A stretch of DNA of 61,010 nucleotides from IMG/VR virus record IMGVR_UViG_3300008255_000145, positions 1 to 61,010 of that record; one strand, 5' to 3'. This stretch comes from a virus (taxonomy: Duplodnaviria; Caudoviricetes). Shown here piece after piece: positions 1 through 10,985 of this stretch. Position 1 is the first letter of the stretch. Each line of letters begins with the position of its first letter. The notes under the pieces were generated by a model. It saw nothing but the letters and a program-made list of their open reading frames with translations. It was not told the DNA's origin and did no database searches. The translations under genes were made by a program, and so were the position numbers.

Positions 1-3000
1 ACTTGCACTTGGTCTTGTAAATGTCATTATTGCTCCCTGACTATCTATACCCCAATTCCCAAGTGTTCCACCAACTTCTAGTTTGTTAGTCGGACTCGTC
101 GTCCCGATGCCGACGTTGCCGCCATTTTGAATTACCAATTTAGCTGCACTTAAAGAATGAGTTGGACTAATTATAAATTGATTTGATGCTACACCTGCAT
201 CGTAAGGAGAACCAATAACCCAATCATCAGTTCCAGCAGTAGAAAATCTCATTGTTGCTGAACGCACATTTGAGTTTCTATCTATCTGAATAGCTGGAAA
301 ACCAGTAGAACCAGTCGTTTCAGCTTTAATTAAAATTTCCTCTGACCCAGTTCCAGTAGAAGAAACAGTCAATTTCTTCCCCGGTGCCGTCGTCCCGATG
401 CCGACTTTGCCAGTACTTGTAATTCTCATATTTTCATCAAATGAAGCACCTGCAGAATCCCTAGAACTAAATATAGTATCGGCCACACCTCCACTACCTG
501 TTCTTAGAAACTTTATTTGAGCAGATGGCAATGATGAATTATAAGAAGCTGTACTACCCCAGAAATTTATAGCAGAAGCAGTTGTACCATCAACAGCAGT
601 ATTATCGTGAAGTAAAATATCAACCCGACCATCTTTTTGTATTTCAAGTTCTTCTTCGGGCCCCGTCGTCCCGATGCCGACGTTTGTTCCATCAGTGTAT
701 ATAGGACTATTAACTAATGTAGTTGCGGATTTATAAGGCAAATAACCTGTAGTAAGGTTAGTCGGAGTTATACCAGCAAATGTAGGACTACTTGTAGTTG
801 CAATGTTTTGTATTGTATTTAAAAGATTGCTAGTTATCTTTAAGTTTGTTGTATTATAACCTAAACTTAATGTTCTGTTTGAAGTTAAATCTCCGCCCCC
901 AGTCAATGGGTAGGTCGTTGAGATACTTCTGTCAGCTCTTACGGCGTGAGTAGTTCCGCTTGCTTGTACACCTAGTATTAAATTAAGTCCATTAAATGTT
1001 AGTCCAGGGTTAGTATCAAATGTATAGTTAGTTCCATTCCATATTGCAATACCAGTATCATTAAGAGTATTATCTCTTAATGCTAATGCTTTAGTATTAT
1101 CCGTTGTTATAATTTCATATGTAGATGTATTGTCTGGAACAGTTGTCCATGCAATAGATACAGTTGCAACTTTAGTACTTCCAACGTAGTCAGTAATAGT
1201 TCTTTTCTGTCCGTAACCAGTTCCACTTGTTATTTTTATTATTTTATTATTATATATATCATTTACAGAACTTGCAGTAGCCCCAAGAGTAATAGTAGAT
1301 GCCGCGCCCGCCCCTGCCGTGCCTTCTTCAGTAACCAGTTCTCCATATCTACCTGTATCGTCGGATTCTCTATGAATCAATGCATAGTTAGAAAGAGTTC
1401 CTCTATCGAATACCATACCTGCGTAACCGGCTGTAATACCATCTCCAGTTTCACCTTGATTCAATAGTATAATATTATCTGTAACTTCAACTGTTTCAGC
1501 ATTAGTAATATAGTGACTACCACTTTGTGTTATATTGCCACCTATTGTAAGATTACCTCCAATAGATATTGATTCTGGAAGTTGATGAAAATGGTCAGCT
1601 CTAGAATATTCAAGAGCACTACCACTTCCTCCTGGAAGATTACTTACTCTTTCTGAAACTATATTAGATGGAGGTATTGAACTTGCTACAAAATCTCCGA
1701 AGAGAGCTGTGGTTCCATATACTTCTAAATTTTCTTGTACTGTTAAATTCTTAGTGCTTAGTGTGACGGTATTTACTATAATGCCATCTTTAGTTGCTTT
1801 TATATATTCATCAGGATTAGAATATATTAATATACCATCATCATTAATTTGTGTAGTTTTATATGTTCTTGTAAAATTAAAGTCGTCGAAATAAATACCA
1901 AGTCTAAAGTTAGTAGTTCCAGTCTCTCCATCCCATGTGCCACTGTATCCACAATTGCCAGTTACAACAAATTTTATATGTGTAATATTATTAACACCAT
2001 CTGGTATTCCAGATATTATACTATATCTTGTAAATGCCGTATCTCTGCCTATTACTATGCCAGATATTTTCTTTATTTCTATATAATTTATTCCATTAAC
2101 AGAATATAATATTTGCATATCAATTGTAGTAGAACCATTGGGAACTTTCCCAGTTGCACCACTTAATTCTCTTGCAGCTGCGTAGAATCCTAAGTTAATA
2201 GTTGATTTATCATCTAATGTAGTTATTGGAATAATCTTGGTTAAAGAACCACTAAAACTGTTATTGCCATTATATTCACCAACCGCTTCTATTAATACTG
2301 ATTTAGTTCCACTGTTAAATAGGGTAGTAGATATATAGGTAATACTATTGGCACCTTCTATAAATACCCAGTCAACATCATCTGATTCAAACCCAGCATT
2401 AGTTAAAGGAACATCTGTTCCAACTAATGATGTAAATGCTATATTTCCTATTTCAACTGACTTGTTATTATTGGCAGTTTTAAAATATAGTGACTCAGCA
2501 CCATCTGTTGATTCTAGGAAAAGATTATTCTTATATATATTTGATGCATTTACAGACCACCCACCTAAATTAGCATTAGAGCTAGATAGAATCATATCAT
2601 AAAATTCGGCGTTATCTCCTTCTATTTTCCATCTTGGTCCAGTACCACTAGCCCATGTTGCGCTTTGAAGTAATCCGGCGCCAGACCCATCACCAACGGT
2701 TAATGAATGTGCTATTGTAGCATCTCTAACAAATAGTACATCTGTTATTTGCGTCCATTCATAATCTGCTTGATTAGTAGTCCACGATGTAGTTTCTTTA
2801 TTATAGGCAACACCCATATACTCCGTGTCTGTTGTAGGAGCATCGGTAATATCAGTGATAGTTACACCGCCATCTATAGAAACGCCATATACTATCCAAG
2901 TATATTGTATCGGACCATCTTCGACTAGCGTTAACCAAGAAGCTCCATCATATACATATGACATCCTATCTACTGTATTATAATAGTACCAGTTTTCTAC

Positions 3001-4122
3001 AGGACCAATAGGAGGATTAGCAAGCTTGCCTTTAAAAATAAGAGGTCTTCCCTTAACTACTTTCTCTATATTAAATGTAGTTTCATTAAGAAAGTCTCCA
3101 TTATCACCTGTTATATGCATAGTAAAATGCATACTATCAGAAGTAAAAGCATTACCAGTAAGAACTACAGAATTATATGATCCATTGAAAGGAACAAATG
3201 TAGGGTTGCATTCAGATATGCCATCTATCGTCATAGTAATAGGTAGTATAGTAGTTCCTTTAATAAAGTCTATTTGTATTATTCTATCAGTATCATCTAT
3301 AGGGTATCCGTCGGCATCACATACTATTGATAAAGTGGCTGGTTTTATGAATAAAGAATATGCACTATTACCAGATTTATTTTTAGAAACAGAAAATACC
3401 TTACTTATTGCAATTCCATTATATGTAGCAGTAAATGTAATAGATGAAGTATCTGCAGTTAAAATATCTACCGTAGCAGTTCTCCCAGTATAGGTAAATT
3501 CGCCAGCCCCTGCTGTATTATCCTCTACAACTCCAATTTCATCTCTATTATAAGTAATAGCCCAAGAAGTTAATATATCATCAGATATATCTAAAATGCC
3601 CCTATACAAACTTCCATTACTTATTGCTCCAGAATAAGATGTTGGATTACCATCTTCGTCACACGGTATCGCGTGAAGTTGATTATCTAAATTAATATTT
3701 AGAGCATCAGAACCTTCTACTAGCTTAGGTGCACTAATAGTTTCTGTCATATGATTATAGGCACTTTCCCAATCACCTTTTTGGTGATATGTAACAGTAA
3801 CAATAATATCAGTAAAAGTATTATCAGTTAATTCTGTAATTGGTACATATATAACATCTGTTTGAATAGCTTCACTATCTTTAGTTATTGGTATAGTGCA
3901 TGCAAGGTCGCTAAAAAAATCTAAATCATTTGCATTACTATCTATAACACTCCATGACGTATTACCATATAAATGTATTTTATCTAGCTTATATTTTAAA
4001 ATTTCAGGAGTTTGTGGCACCCCATCTGGAGTCGCATATATTAAATTGTCACCTGTAAGCTGAAATATTTTAGCAGAAGTAGAATCTACAGTCTTTATAA
4101 GACCAACATAACCATTACTCAT
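1..4122 (-). CDS. Long tail fibre / receptor-binding protein, 3'-truncated by the window edge (>=1374 aa)
   Basis: Not in the ORF track, consistent with having no stop in the window. ATG at 4122 overlaps the upstream TGA (ATGA). Manual translation starts MSNGYVGLIKTVDS and stays in frame at base 1 (..GNVGIGTTSPTNKLEVGG..). Three VGIGTTxP fibre repeats; downstream of the baseplate genes. Confidence 0.85.
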   Translation of the reverse strand, partial: MSNGYVGLIKTVDSTSAKIFQLTGDNLIYATPDGVPQTPEILKYKLDKIHLYGNTSWSVIDSNANDLDFFSDLACTIPITKDSEAIQTDVIYVPITELTDNTFTDIIVTVTYHQKGDWESAYNHMTETISAPKLVEGSDALNINLDNQLHAIPCDEDGNPTSYSGAISNGSLYRGILDISDDILTSWAITYNRDEIGVVEDNTAGAGEFTYTGRTATVDILTADTSSITFTATYNGIAISKVFSVSKNKSGNSAYSLFIKPATLSIVCDADGYPIDDTDRIIQIDFIKGTTILPITMTIDGISECNPTFVPFNGSYNSVVLTGNAFTSDSMHFTMHITGDNGDFLNETTFNIEKVVKGRPLIFKGKLANPPIGPVENWYYYNTVDRMSYVYDGASWLTLVEDGPIQYTWIVYGVSIDGGVTITDITDAPTTDTEYMGVAYNKETTSWTTNQADYEWTQITDVLFVRDATIAHSLTVGDGSGAGLLQSATWASGTGPRWKIEGDNAEFYDMILSSSNANLGGWSVNASNIYKNNLFLESTDGAESLYFKTANNNKSVEIGNIAFTSLVGTDVPLTNAGFESDDVDWVFIEGANSITYISTTLFNSGTKSVLIEAVGEYNGNNSFSGSLTKIIPITTLDDKSTINLGFYAAARELSGATGKVPNGSTTIDMQILYSVNGINYIEIKKISGIVIGRDTAFTRYSIISGIPDGVNNITHIKFVVTGNCGYSGTWDGETGTTNFRLGIYFDDFNFTRTYKTTQINDDGILIYSNPDEYIKATKDGIIVNTVTLSTKNLTVQENLEVYGTTALFGDFVASSIPPSNIVSERVSNLPGGSGSALEYSRADHFHQLPESISIGGNLTIGGNITQSGSHYITNAETVEVTDNIILLNQGETGDGITAGYAGMVFDRGTLSNYALIHRESDDTGRYGELVTEEGTAGAGAASTITLGATASSVNDIYNNKIIKITSGTGYGQKRTITDYVGSTKVATVSIAWTTVPDNTSTYEIITTDNTKALALRDNTLNDTGIAIWNGTNYTFDTNPGLTFNGLNLILGVQASGTTHAVRADRSISTTYPLTGGGDLTSNRTLSLGYNTTNLKITSNLLNTIQNIATTSSPTFAGITPTNLTTGYLPYKSATTLVNSPIYTDGTNVGIGTTGPEEELEIQKDGRVDILLHDNTAVDGTTASAINFWGSTASYNSSLPSAQIKFLRTGSGGVADTIFSSRDSAGASFDENMRITSTGKVGIGTTAPGKKLTVSSTGTGSEEILIKAETTGSTGFPAIQIDRNSNVRSATMRFSTAGTDDWVIGSPYDAGVASNQFIISPTHSLSAAKLVIQNGGNVGIGTTSPTNKLEVGGTLGNWGIDSQGAIMTFTRPSAS
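97..681 (-). repeat. Three identical 18-nt GC-rich repeats GTCGGCATCGGGACGACG (encoding VGIGTT) at 97-114, 388-405 and 664-681
   Basis: Exact cgtcgtcccgatgccgac matches on the + strand, spaced 291 and 276 nt. The intervening sequence is unrelated and AT-rich. Confidence 0.95.
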
Positions 4123-5330
4123 ACTATATCCTTAAATTTAATTTCGCCTCTAACAGTTTTAATATCCTTTGTAGAAGATGTTTTTGGCATTGTTGCAGTA
4201 CTACATCCTACCCAAAAACCAATTTGTTTATTGACAGGTATGGCGCCGATCCTAACTCTATACTTTGGCTTAGATGATGATTCTGCATGTATATCAGGCA
4301 CAACATCAACTATAAACCATTCAGTTGAATTATCTGGATATGTAGATTGGGTTCCACTATATGTAAAATCTTTAATTTGCATAAATATTATGTAGCTTTT
4401 ATTTTTGAGAAATTGTTTCTTTGTAACATTTTTAATTGTACCATCTGCATGCATATGGTCATTAATATCATTATGATTCCACATATTATCAAATTCTAAG
4501 TCTATATAACCCATATCATTCCAATCGCCAGCATTGTCTAGATCTGAATATTCATCTAGGTTAATACTATAATATTTTAGATTGGTGACAGATGGTATTT
4601 CTTCATATTCATCACTAATACCATTAAATTCATAACCATAACCATCTGAGTTAAATAGATATAGTTGATTTGATGGATAGAATAGTATCTCGCATTCATC
4701 TCCAAAAATAGTTGTCCCGGCATCATCAGTAAGAGATAATTGAATAGTTTGACTAGTATTGGATACTATCCTCATTGGATTAACTGTAGTATAAACTCCA
4801 TTTTGTATAATAAGGCACTCCATACCAGACAATTCATTGGGATTCCATGCTTGTTCATCTGTTGCAGTAAATATCATACCACTGTCCAGAGAACCAATAT
4901 ATGCATCATTATCATAATAAACTGATGCTAATTCTTTATTGCTATCTATAAATTCTAATTTAAACTTATGAAAATATCCCACAGGATGTGCAGGTATATT
5001 ATTCACAACAAAATTTTTTGTATTATATGGACCATTTAATCCTTGAAAAGAAAATGATTGCAATAATGAATATCTACTTGGTATGGAAATAGATTTTTTG
5101 CTAAGATCAGTTTCCTTTGAATATGAAGATATATATACATTAATAATACTTAATTCATTACTTGTATTTAAGTTTATTATATTAAATATTGCAGAAGAAT
5201 TAGTTCTCTCTCTCCCATAGTCATCTACACTCTCACTAACATTTACACTAATAGAATTAATTATTGTATTATTTGAGTTAAATTTTGAATCATATCTAAC
5301 TAATCCAATATATGCATCTTTATTAATCAA
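4119..5330 (-). CDS. Putative baseplate/fibre-attachment virion protein (403 aa)
   Basis: Lies between baseplate and fibre genes. C-terminus resembles that of 5323..6264 (YIIF..EWFIVD..IPVNKQIGFWVG). Confidence 0.55.
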   Translation of the reverse strand: MINKDAYIGLVRYDSKFNSNNTIINSISVNVSESVDDYGRERTNSSAIFNIINLNTSNELSIINVYISSYSKETDLSKKSISIPSRYSLLQSFSFQGLNGPYNTKNFVVNNIPAHPVGYFHKFKLEFIDSNKELASVYYDNDAYIGSLDSGMIFTATDEQAWNPNELSGMECLIIQNGVYTTVNPMRIVSNTSQTIQLSLTDDAGTTIFGDECEILFYPSNQLYLFNSDGYGYEFNGISDEYEEIPSVTNLKYYSINLDEYSDLDNAGDWNDMGYIDLEFDNMWNHNDINDHMHADGTIKNVTKKQFLKNKSYIIFMQIKDFTYSGTQSTYPDNSTEWFIVDVVPDIHAESSSKPKYRVRIGAIPVNKQIGFWVGCSTATMPKTSSTKDIKTVRGEIKFKDIV

Positions 5331-6264
5331 ATTTTGCTCCTATCCAAAATGCAACATATTTATCAAACGGTATTGTCATAGTATAATGATTTTCTGTTGT
5401 AATATCAATAAATTGCCATTCGCCATACATTTCTGCAGAGGTTGGATTTGGAGATATATCAAAATCTAGGTTATTCGGTCTTCTATATTTGGGATGATAA
5501 GGACTATCGCTAACATATATATATATAACATAGTATTTAAAATATTGTTGTATAGTTTCTGGATAAAGCTTAATTTGATTATTTTTTATATCATACCATG
5601 TACTAGAAAATTTATTAGCAGTAAAGTCTGAGGTTTGTTTTACTTTTGTAATATCTCCCCATGACAAATTTACCTTTGGACTTGTCAGTAATTGGCTATT
5701 TTTATAGCCATATTTATTAATATCATTAGTATCAGATGTCTCTTCAATTGTTACATTTTGCATATCTAATAAATTATTTCTAAGATGTAGTCCTAGAACA
5801 TCCATTTCTTGATATAATTTAACTTCATTATTAGCATATTCTGCTATCTCATTAGAATCACCAACAATTACAGCTACAAATGTGTAGGTATTAGGAGTTT
5901 TATCTAAACCTATTTTACCTTTATCTAAAACATAATTTTTAATGTGGTTATAATAAATTGTACTGTCTAACAAATATTCATCAGAAAGCTGTACATCTAC
6001 TGCATTAGTGTATTTATATGGAAGTGCATATATTTTAATCAATCTACCTACACCATGAAGTATATTAACATTATTAATAACGGCACGGAATGATACGGTT
6101 TCTATCTTATTCACTATATCAAGTGGTGTAATATAAAATGATGGAATGTTTGTAAGGAGTAGATTATCTCCGGCCGACCATACAGATGATTTTATGGCAA
6201 ATGGATCCTCTTTTGGTGGTACCTTTTTATCTAAAAGTATTTTACCATAATTTTTATTTGCCAT
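5323..6264 (-). CDS. Putative baseplate-associated virion protein (313 aa)
   Basis: Coupled ORF in the tail module. C-terminus YVIY..EWQFID..IPFDKYVAFWIG resembles the neighbouring gene. Confidence 0.55.
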   Translation of the reverse strand: MANKNYGKILLDKKVPPKEDPFAIKSSVWSAGDNLLLTNIPSFYITPLDIVNKIETVSFRAVINNVNILHGVGRLIKIYALPYKYTNAVDVQLSDEYLLDSTIYYNHIKNYVLDKGKIGLDKTPNTYTFVAVIVGDSNEIAEYANNEVKLYQEMDVLGLHLRNNLLDMQNVTIEETSDTNDINKYGYKNSQLLTSPKVNLSWGDITKVKQTSDFTANKFSSTWYDIKNNQIKLYPETIQQYFKYYVIYIYVSDSPYHPKYRRPNNLDFDISPNPTSAEMYGEWQFIDITTENHYTMTIPFDKYVAFWIGAKFD

Positions 6265-6265
6265 A

Positions 6266-6823
6266 TTATACCTGGTTTATATATGAGAAAATACCAGAAG
6301 ATTTATATTTATCGATTGCATCAATTATATCTTGTTCATCATAAGAACCAACAACTTCAATATAGATACCGTCTTTGACTGCTATAGGATAGCCATCCAA
6401 ATTGCCCAAGTCCGTGTAATTAGAGAATCTCTTAGATGTAGCCACAACAGTATTATTAACAAAATAATCACTAACTCCACCGCCTAATATATTCGTAAGA
6501 ATAAATATTCCCTCATTATCCAATACACCAACTATTCGCTCACCACTATCCTTTGTTGCTCTAGTAATAACATCAAAATTTAATAAACTAGTAGATATAA
6601 CAATCTTCTTAGTAATAGATTTTGTTATCATTCTATTAAGGTTTGAAAAATCTACATATGGCCTATGCACTACATGTATCTTTTTTAGTGCATTTAATAC
6701 ATCATCAACACCAATATTAATAAAATCAGATTGGTCCAATTTAACATTTTGATGATTAATAGATATTCTAAAATGTCTAAGTATATCTTTTATTCTAACT
6801 ATTTTTGTGTTTGTGTCAAGCAT
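6266..6823 (-). CDS. Hypothetical protein, baseplate region (185 aa)
   Basis: Tightly packed ORF in the late operon. Confidence 0.6.
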   Translation of the reverse strand: MLDTNTKIVRIKDILRHFRISINHQNVKLDQSDFINIGVDDVLNALKKIHVVHRPYVDFSNLNRMITKSITKKIVISTSLLNFDVITRATKDSGERIVGVLDNEGIFILTNILGGGVSDYFVNNTVVATSKRFSNYTDLGNLDGYPIAVKDGIYIEVVGSYDEQDIIDAIDKYKSSGIFSYINQV

Positions 6824-6825
6824 TT

Positions 6826-7557
6826 TTATACCTCAACTATAATATCTACTAAAACTAATTTAGATACGTCTACAGGGGCTAATGGATTTAAGTCAATTTT
6901 TGTACCCAATGGAAGAAATGATAACAATGGGACTGCATCGTATGATGTTATTTCGAATGTTAACTTATCGCCAGTAACGTAAATTAAGCCTAACATATCA
7001 TTTTTAGATGTGTATGCATCAAGAGCAACTACAGATTGCATGGGAAATTCCGGCACCTTAAACACAGATACTCCACCAGAGTATGAATATCTAGGCAATA
7101 CAGTAACACCATATGAAACAACCGGCCCAATACATACTACATTGGTGCCATCATAATAAAATAAATCATCAGCCATATCTATATTATGTATTCCATCGGC
7201 CCAATAACCTGAGTATTTCCATTCTCTTTTAATTCTTAATCTTAATGTACCATCTACTTCTACATGCTCAAAAGTTCTTAATTCAGGAACTAATAACATA
7301 TTAGGAACTAGCCCGTTCAAACTCTTAGTCGCTGTATTTTGTAGTATATGAACAGCATTTTTGGGGTAACTGTTGATAGTATGCGATATCGAAGAGTGAA
7401 CTCCTACTGGAATATATCCATCAATAGATTTGATGTTATAAATGATACCATCCCTTATATTTGAATCAGAATTATGAGATGATTCATCTAGAGTTGTTCC
7501 TTTTATATAATCTAATAAACTTGTATTAGCTAAATGATTTTCTCCGAATTTCCACAT
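6826..7557 (-). CDS. Hypothetical protein, baseplate region (243 aa)
   Basis: Start overlaps the upstream stop codon. Confidence 0.6.
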   Translation of the reverse strand: MWKFGENHLANTSLLDYIKGTTLDESSHNSDSNIRDGIIYNIKSIDGYIPVGVHSSISHTINSYPKNAVHILQNTATKSLNGLVPNMLLVPELRTFEHVEVDGTLRLRIKREWKYSGYWADGIHNIDMADDLFYYDGTNVVCIGPVVSYGVTVLPRYSYSGGVSVFKVPEFPMQSVVALDAYTSKNDMLGLIYVTGDKLTFEITSYDAVPLLSFLPLGTKIDLNPLAPVDVSKLVLVDIIVEV

Positions 7558-9848
7558 TATATTAACCTCGTTGGTGCATGTTCTTCTGTTTTATTGTATA
7601 TGTTATTTATTAATGTTTCTCGTGCTACACTATTTCCACTCCCAAGAAGATGACTATCTAAATATTGTTTTAGTCCCCATGCTGCTATATTACTATAATG
7701 AAGCATATAATATTTTTCTATTATTACTATAATAACAGATATATATTCTAAATCACCTGTATACTTAATATATGTAGGATAGATTTCTATTTCATTATCA
7801 TCTGGATCTACATTACTATTTAATGCATATGCTGTATATATCTTTTCATGTTTGTATATAATAGGATATATATCAATGTCTTTTCTTATATTTAGTTGTA
7901 TAGTTCTATAATTTTTATATGGAAGTAAGTGTTCCGCCGACTGTGTTTCATTACTAATAAACTTAGAATTACCTTCCATGATGCCAATTAAGTCTTCTAT
8001 TCCATAGTCTATTAGTTCTGTTTGATTATCATCTACAAAAATGCTTTTTTCAGATATAACAATTTGTTTATCATAAATATTATCAACTGAGATTTCAACT
8101 CCCTTAATTAATGCTGGTTCTATTAAAGATCTTAATTCAGTAGATATTCCATAAATAAGATTCTTTTCATTACTACCTATGTTTGTATTTTTTAGTTGTT
8201 TTACATAAGGTATAAAGTTATCTATTGATTCATTGTATTTACGTTCTAGGTTAAGGAGTGCCGCGATATCATCTATCTCTGAATATATCTTATCAGTAAC
8301 ATGTGTATCTTTTATATTAACTCCATTTAATGTTAAAGTGGTGTAATCATCTAACCAGTATAAATAGTTATTATCCTTGAAGTAATTATCATAATGATAG
8401 TTTATATAACTATATGTTGTATTATCTTTTAATATTATTCTATTATTATTGTCAAACGATAACGTTCCACTTATAGCACCAAGAGATTTAATTGGGTTTT
8501 TATATAAGGAGGGTACATATTCTACAGTAGAGGAAATGGCGCCGCTTACATCCATAACATCTAATATTATTGCAATATCTTCACTATCTAATGTGTAAGA
8601 ATATTCTGGAGACTTAAATCCATAGCTAGCACTATCATTATAATGGTGCCATACATTAGTGTCAGTAAATAATGCAGATGCAGTATTAACTGTAGTTATG
8701 TTGTTAGTAGTCATATATCTATCTTCAGATAAAGTTACAACTCTAAATCTATATTTATATATTCTATTGGCTCTTGCGTCAACTTTAAATAATCCCTTAA
8801 ATTCTATATTTTTAGTAGATACATTATAATGTATATCTACTTCTAATGGACAGAAAGAACTTGATGTATTAATATATTGTACTAGGTCAGTTAATTCATT
8901 TTCTTTATGATAAATATATAATTCATCATCGCCATTAATATATAATAATTTATTCCTATCATCAACCAATAATGAGTTTATATTGCCGATTGAAGTAGTA
9001 CCATTTGTTAAGATATATTCAACAGTTTCAAACATTTGAATATCACCTCTATAGAATGCATTTATATCATGACTACTATATACAGTTTTAATAAGTACAT
9101 CATCGCCAGATTCAGCCCTATAACTCCATGATATATGTTGTATAGTTTTATCTGGCATAACTTCTTGATATGAATAATCGTTAATTTCAGTATCTAATGC
9201 AGAATAATTATTAGCAATAGATATAGTTACACCTGTTATGTCTAAAGATGTAGATGTTGTATACCCTGCCATATAATAAAATGATTTAGTTAATCTTTGT
9301 ATTCCAGGAATATAAAATCCAACTTCTTCTGATATATGATTACCATAATAGTCTAATCCATACAATGTTATGATAGTAGGATTACCATTATTATCTACAA
9401 GCATGCCATCTTTAGAGAGGGTTATATATGTCGGCGACTCTATACTACCACTATATCTATCATCTATAATACCTTCTCTTAGTAGTGTACTTGTACTAAG
9501 TAGTTCCTTATATGTATATGTAATTCCTTCAAGACTAATTCTATTAGGTATAGATTGTTTAATAAATGCAGAATCATTGCCTATAAATTCTGTTAATGCA
9601 ATTCCATCACCAAGCAGAGTATTTGGTTCTGCTATTTTTTCAGTATGATAAACTCCATTTTGATATGGGGGATATGTATCCACCTTTAATGCATCAATAG
9701 AGGCCTGTACTGCATCACTAGTGTTTTCTAATTCAGAATTAATTGAATTAATCATAGAAAACGAATTACTGAACTTATTAGTTCTTGCTATATTACTAGA
9801 CGGAAGCTTATTGGCTATCCTTTGTGATCTGTTGGAATACGTAAACAT
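7557..9848 (-). CDS. Putative baseplate wedge protein (763 aa)
   Basis: Directly after baseplate J. Contains IDDIAALLNLERKYNES, similar to the wedge-family LD..A...GL.R motif. Confidence 0.55.
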   Translation of the reverse strand: MFTYSNRSQRIANKLPSSNIARTNKFSNSFSMINSINSELENTSDAVQASIDALKVDTYPPYQNGVYHTEKIAEPNTLLGDGIALTEFIGNDSAFIKQSIPNRISLEGITYTYKELLSTSTLLREGIIDDRYSGSIESPTYITLSKDGMLVDNNGNPTIITLYGLDYYGNHISEEVGFYIPGIQRLTKSFYYMAGYTTSTSLDITGVTISIANNYSALDTEINDYSYQEVMPDKTIQHISWSYRAESGDDVLIKTVYSSHDINAFYRGDIQMFETVEYILTNGTTSIGNINSLLVDDRNKLLYINGDDELYIYHKENELTDLVQYINTSSSFCPLEVDIHYNVSTKNIEFKGLFKVDARANRIYKYRFRVVTLSEDRYMTTNNITTVNTASALFTDTNVWHHYNDSASYGFKSPEYSYTLDSEDIAIILDVMDVSGAISSTVEYVPSLYKNPIKSLGAISGTLSFDNNNRIILKDNTTYSYINYHYDNYFKDNNYLYWLDDYTTLTLNGVNIKDTHVTDKIYSEIDDIAALLNLERKYNESIDNFIPYVKQLKNTNIGSNEKNLIYGISTELRSLIEPALIKGVEISVDNIYDKQIVISEKSIFVDDNQTELIDYGIEDLIGIMEGNSKFISNETQSAEHLLPYKNYRTIQLNIRKDIDIYPIIYKHEKIYTAYALNSNVDPDDNEIEIYPTYIKYTGDLEYISVIIVIIEKYYMLHYSNIAAWGLKQYLDSHLLGSGNSVARETLINNIYNKTEEHAPTRLI

Positions 9849-10981
9849 TATTTAATCCTTAGACTATTAAATGTAAATTTTTCATATGGCAATATTGTGT
9901 TTACTGTTTTAAGTGTTTTAACTCTATCATATCCATAAGCGGTTTCAGAATATGCTTCTGCGAATAAAGAGGAACCAGCTTTTAGTTGAATATAAGAACT
10001 TCCGTTTGATAACATAATACTGTGTAGTGTTGCTAATGACAAACTCTCACCAATGTCTAAATTATTAATGTAGTCTTCTGCTATTTGAGATAATAAATTC
10101 TGTGCACTATTTGTATTAATAGCACTAGAAACAATATTACTAGCGTTAACAACAAGATTAACATTAATATATTCTGGTAGTTTGGCTACTATACTTCTGC
10201 CGTGAGCGATTACGGATGTAACTGCATATTGAACATCTGATATAAGACTTGATCTTGGATATAGCTCAGAAGCTTTTATATAAACTGTAGTTATTATATC
10301 ACTTAATATTACAACATCAGATACTCCAGGGACACTTAGTGCGGCAGCTTTTATGGCCGCAAAACTAGCTTTAGCCAATAGTGCTTGGTTAATTTGAATT
10401 CTATATCTAAGGCTTTCATCGCTTTCTAATAGGGCCCCATTTGATATTGCATTTGAATTAAATACATATAATATATCAGAATTATAATTGATAGTAGTAA
10501 GTGCGCCAGGGCTTACATTATTTTCTTCACCTGCAGTAGTAGCAACAACCCCAACATATACAACATTAGCAGTACTAGTTACGGGATATGTACTGTCTAC
10601 ATAAAAGCTTATGGTATCACCAGCATCGTTTGTGCCACCTATTAGAGTACCCGATGGTATTGATGTTATACTATTGTCGCCAAAGGTAGACCCATCTTTA
10701 GTTGCTATTTTAACATTCTTTGCATTAGCATTAATAGCAGCCATTCTGCTTAGTCTATTTTCTTTTGCTAGTACGTCAAGTGCATCTCCAGTGGATGTAG
10801 AAAGCATCATGCCTTCTAGTGATTTATTCATATCTTTTCTTTCATCAAATAATGTTTTAGAAAAAGATTCTACTATACCACCAATAACAGAACCTGGTTC
10901 AATTAGTGTTAGTTTTGTTTTATTGACAAGTTGGGTTTTTATTGACTCACTTATATCATAAGCCGTTTTTGATGTGAGCAT
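9848..10981 (-). CDS. Baseplate J / gp6-like wedge protein
   Basis: PGSVIGGIVE, STGDALDVLA..RLSR, ATTAGEENNV, NG..ESDESLRYRI and AIKAAALSVPGV are typical baseplate-J motifs. Confidence 0.9.
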   Translation of the reverse strand: MLTSKTAYDISESIKTQLVNKTKLTLIEPGSVIGGIVESFSKTLFDERKDMNKSLEGMMLSTSTGDALDVLAKENRLSRMAAINANAKNVKIATKDGSTFGDNSITSIPSGTLIGGTNDAGDTISFYVDSTYPVTSTANVVYVGVVATTAGEENNVSPGALTTINYNSDILYVFNSNAISNGALLESDESLRYRIQINQALLAKASFAAIKAAALSVPGVSDVVILSDIITTVYIKASELYPRSSLISDVQYAVTSVIAHGRSIVAKLPEYINVNLVVNASNIVSSAINTNSAQNLLSQIAEDYINNLDIGESLSLATLHSIMLSNGSSYIQLKAGSSLFAEAYSETAYGYDRVKTLKTVNTILPYEKFTFNSLRIK

Positions 10982-10985
10982 TTAA

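Noticed and set aside
97-681. CRISPR array or DGR interpretation of the fibre repeats
   Set aside because: Spacers are about 270 nt and in-frame coding. There is no cas gene, reverse transcriptase or adenine-specific template/variable repeat pair in the window.
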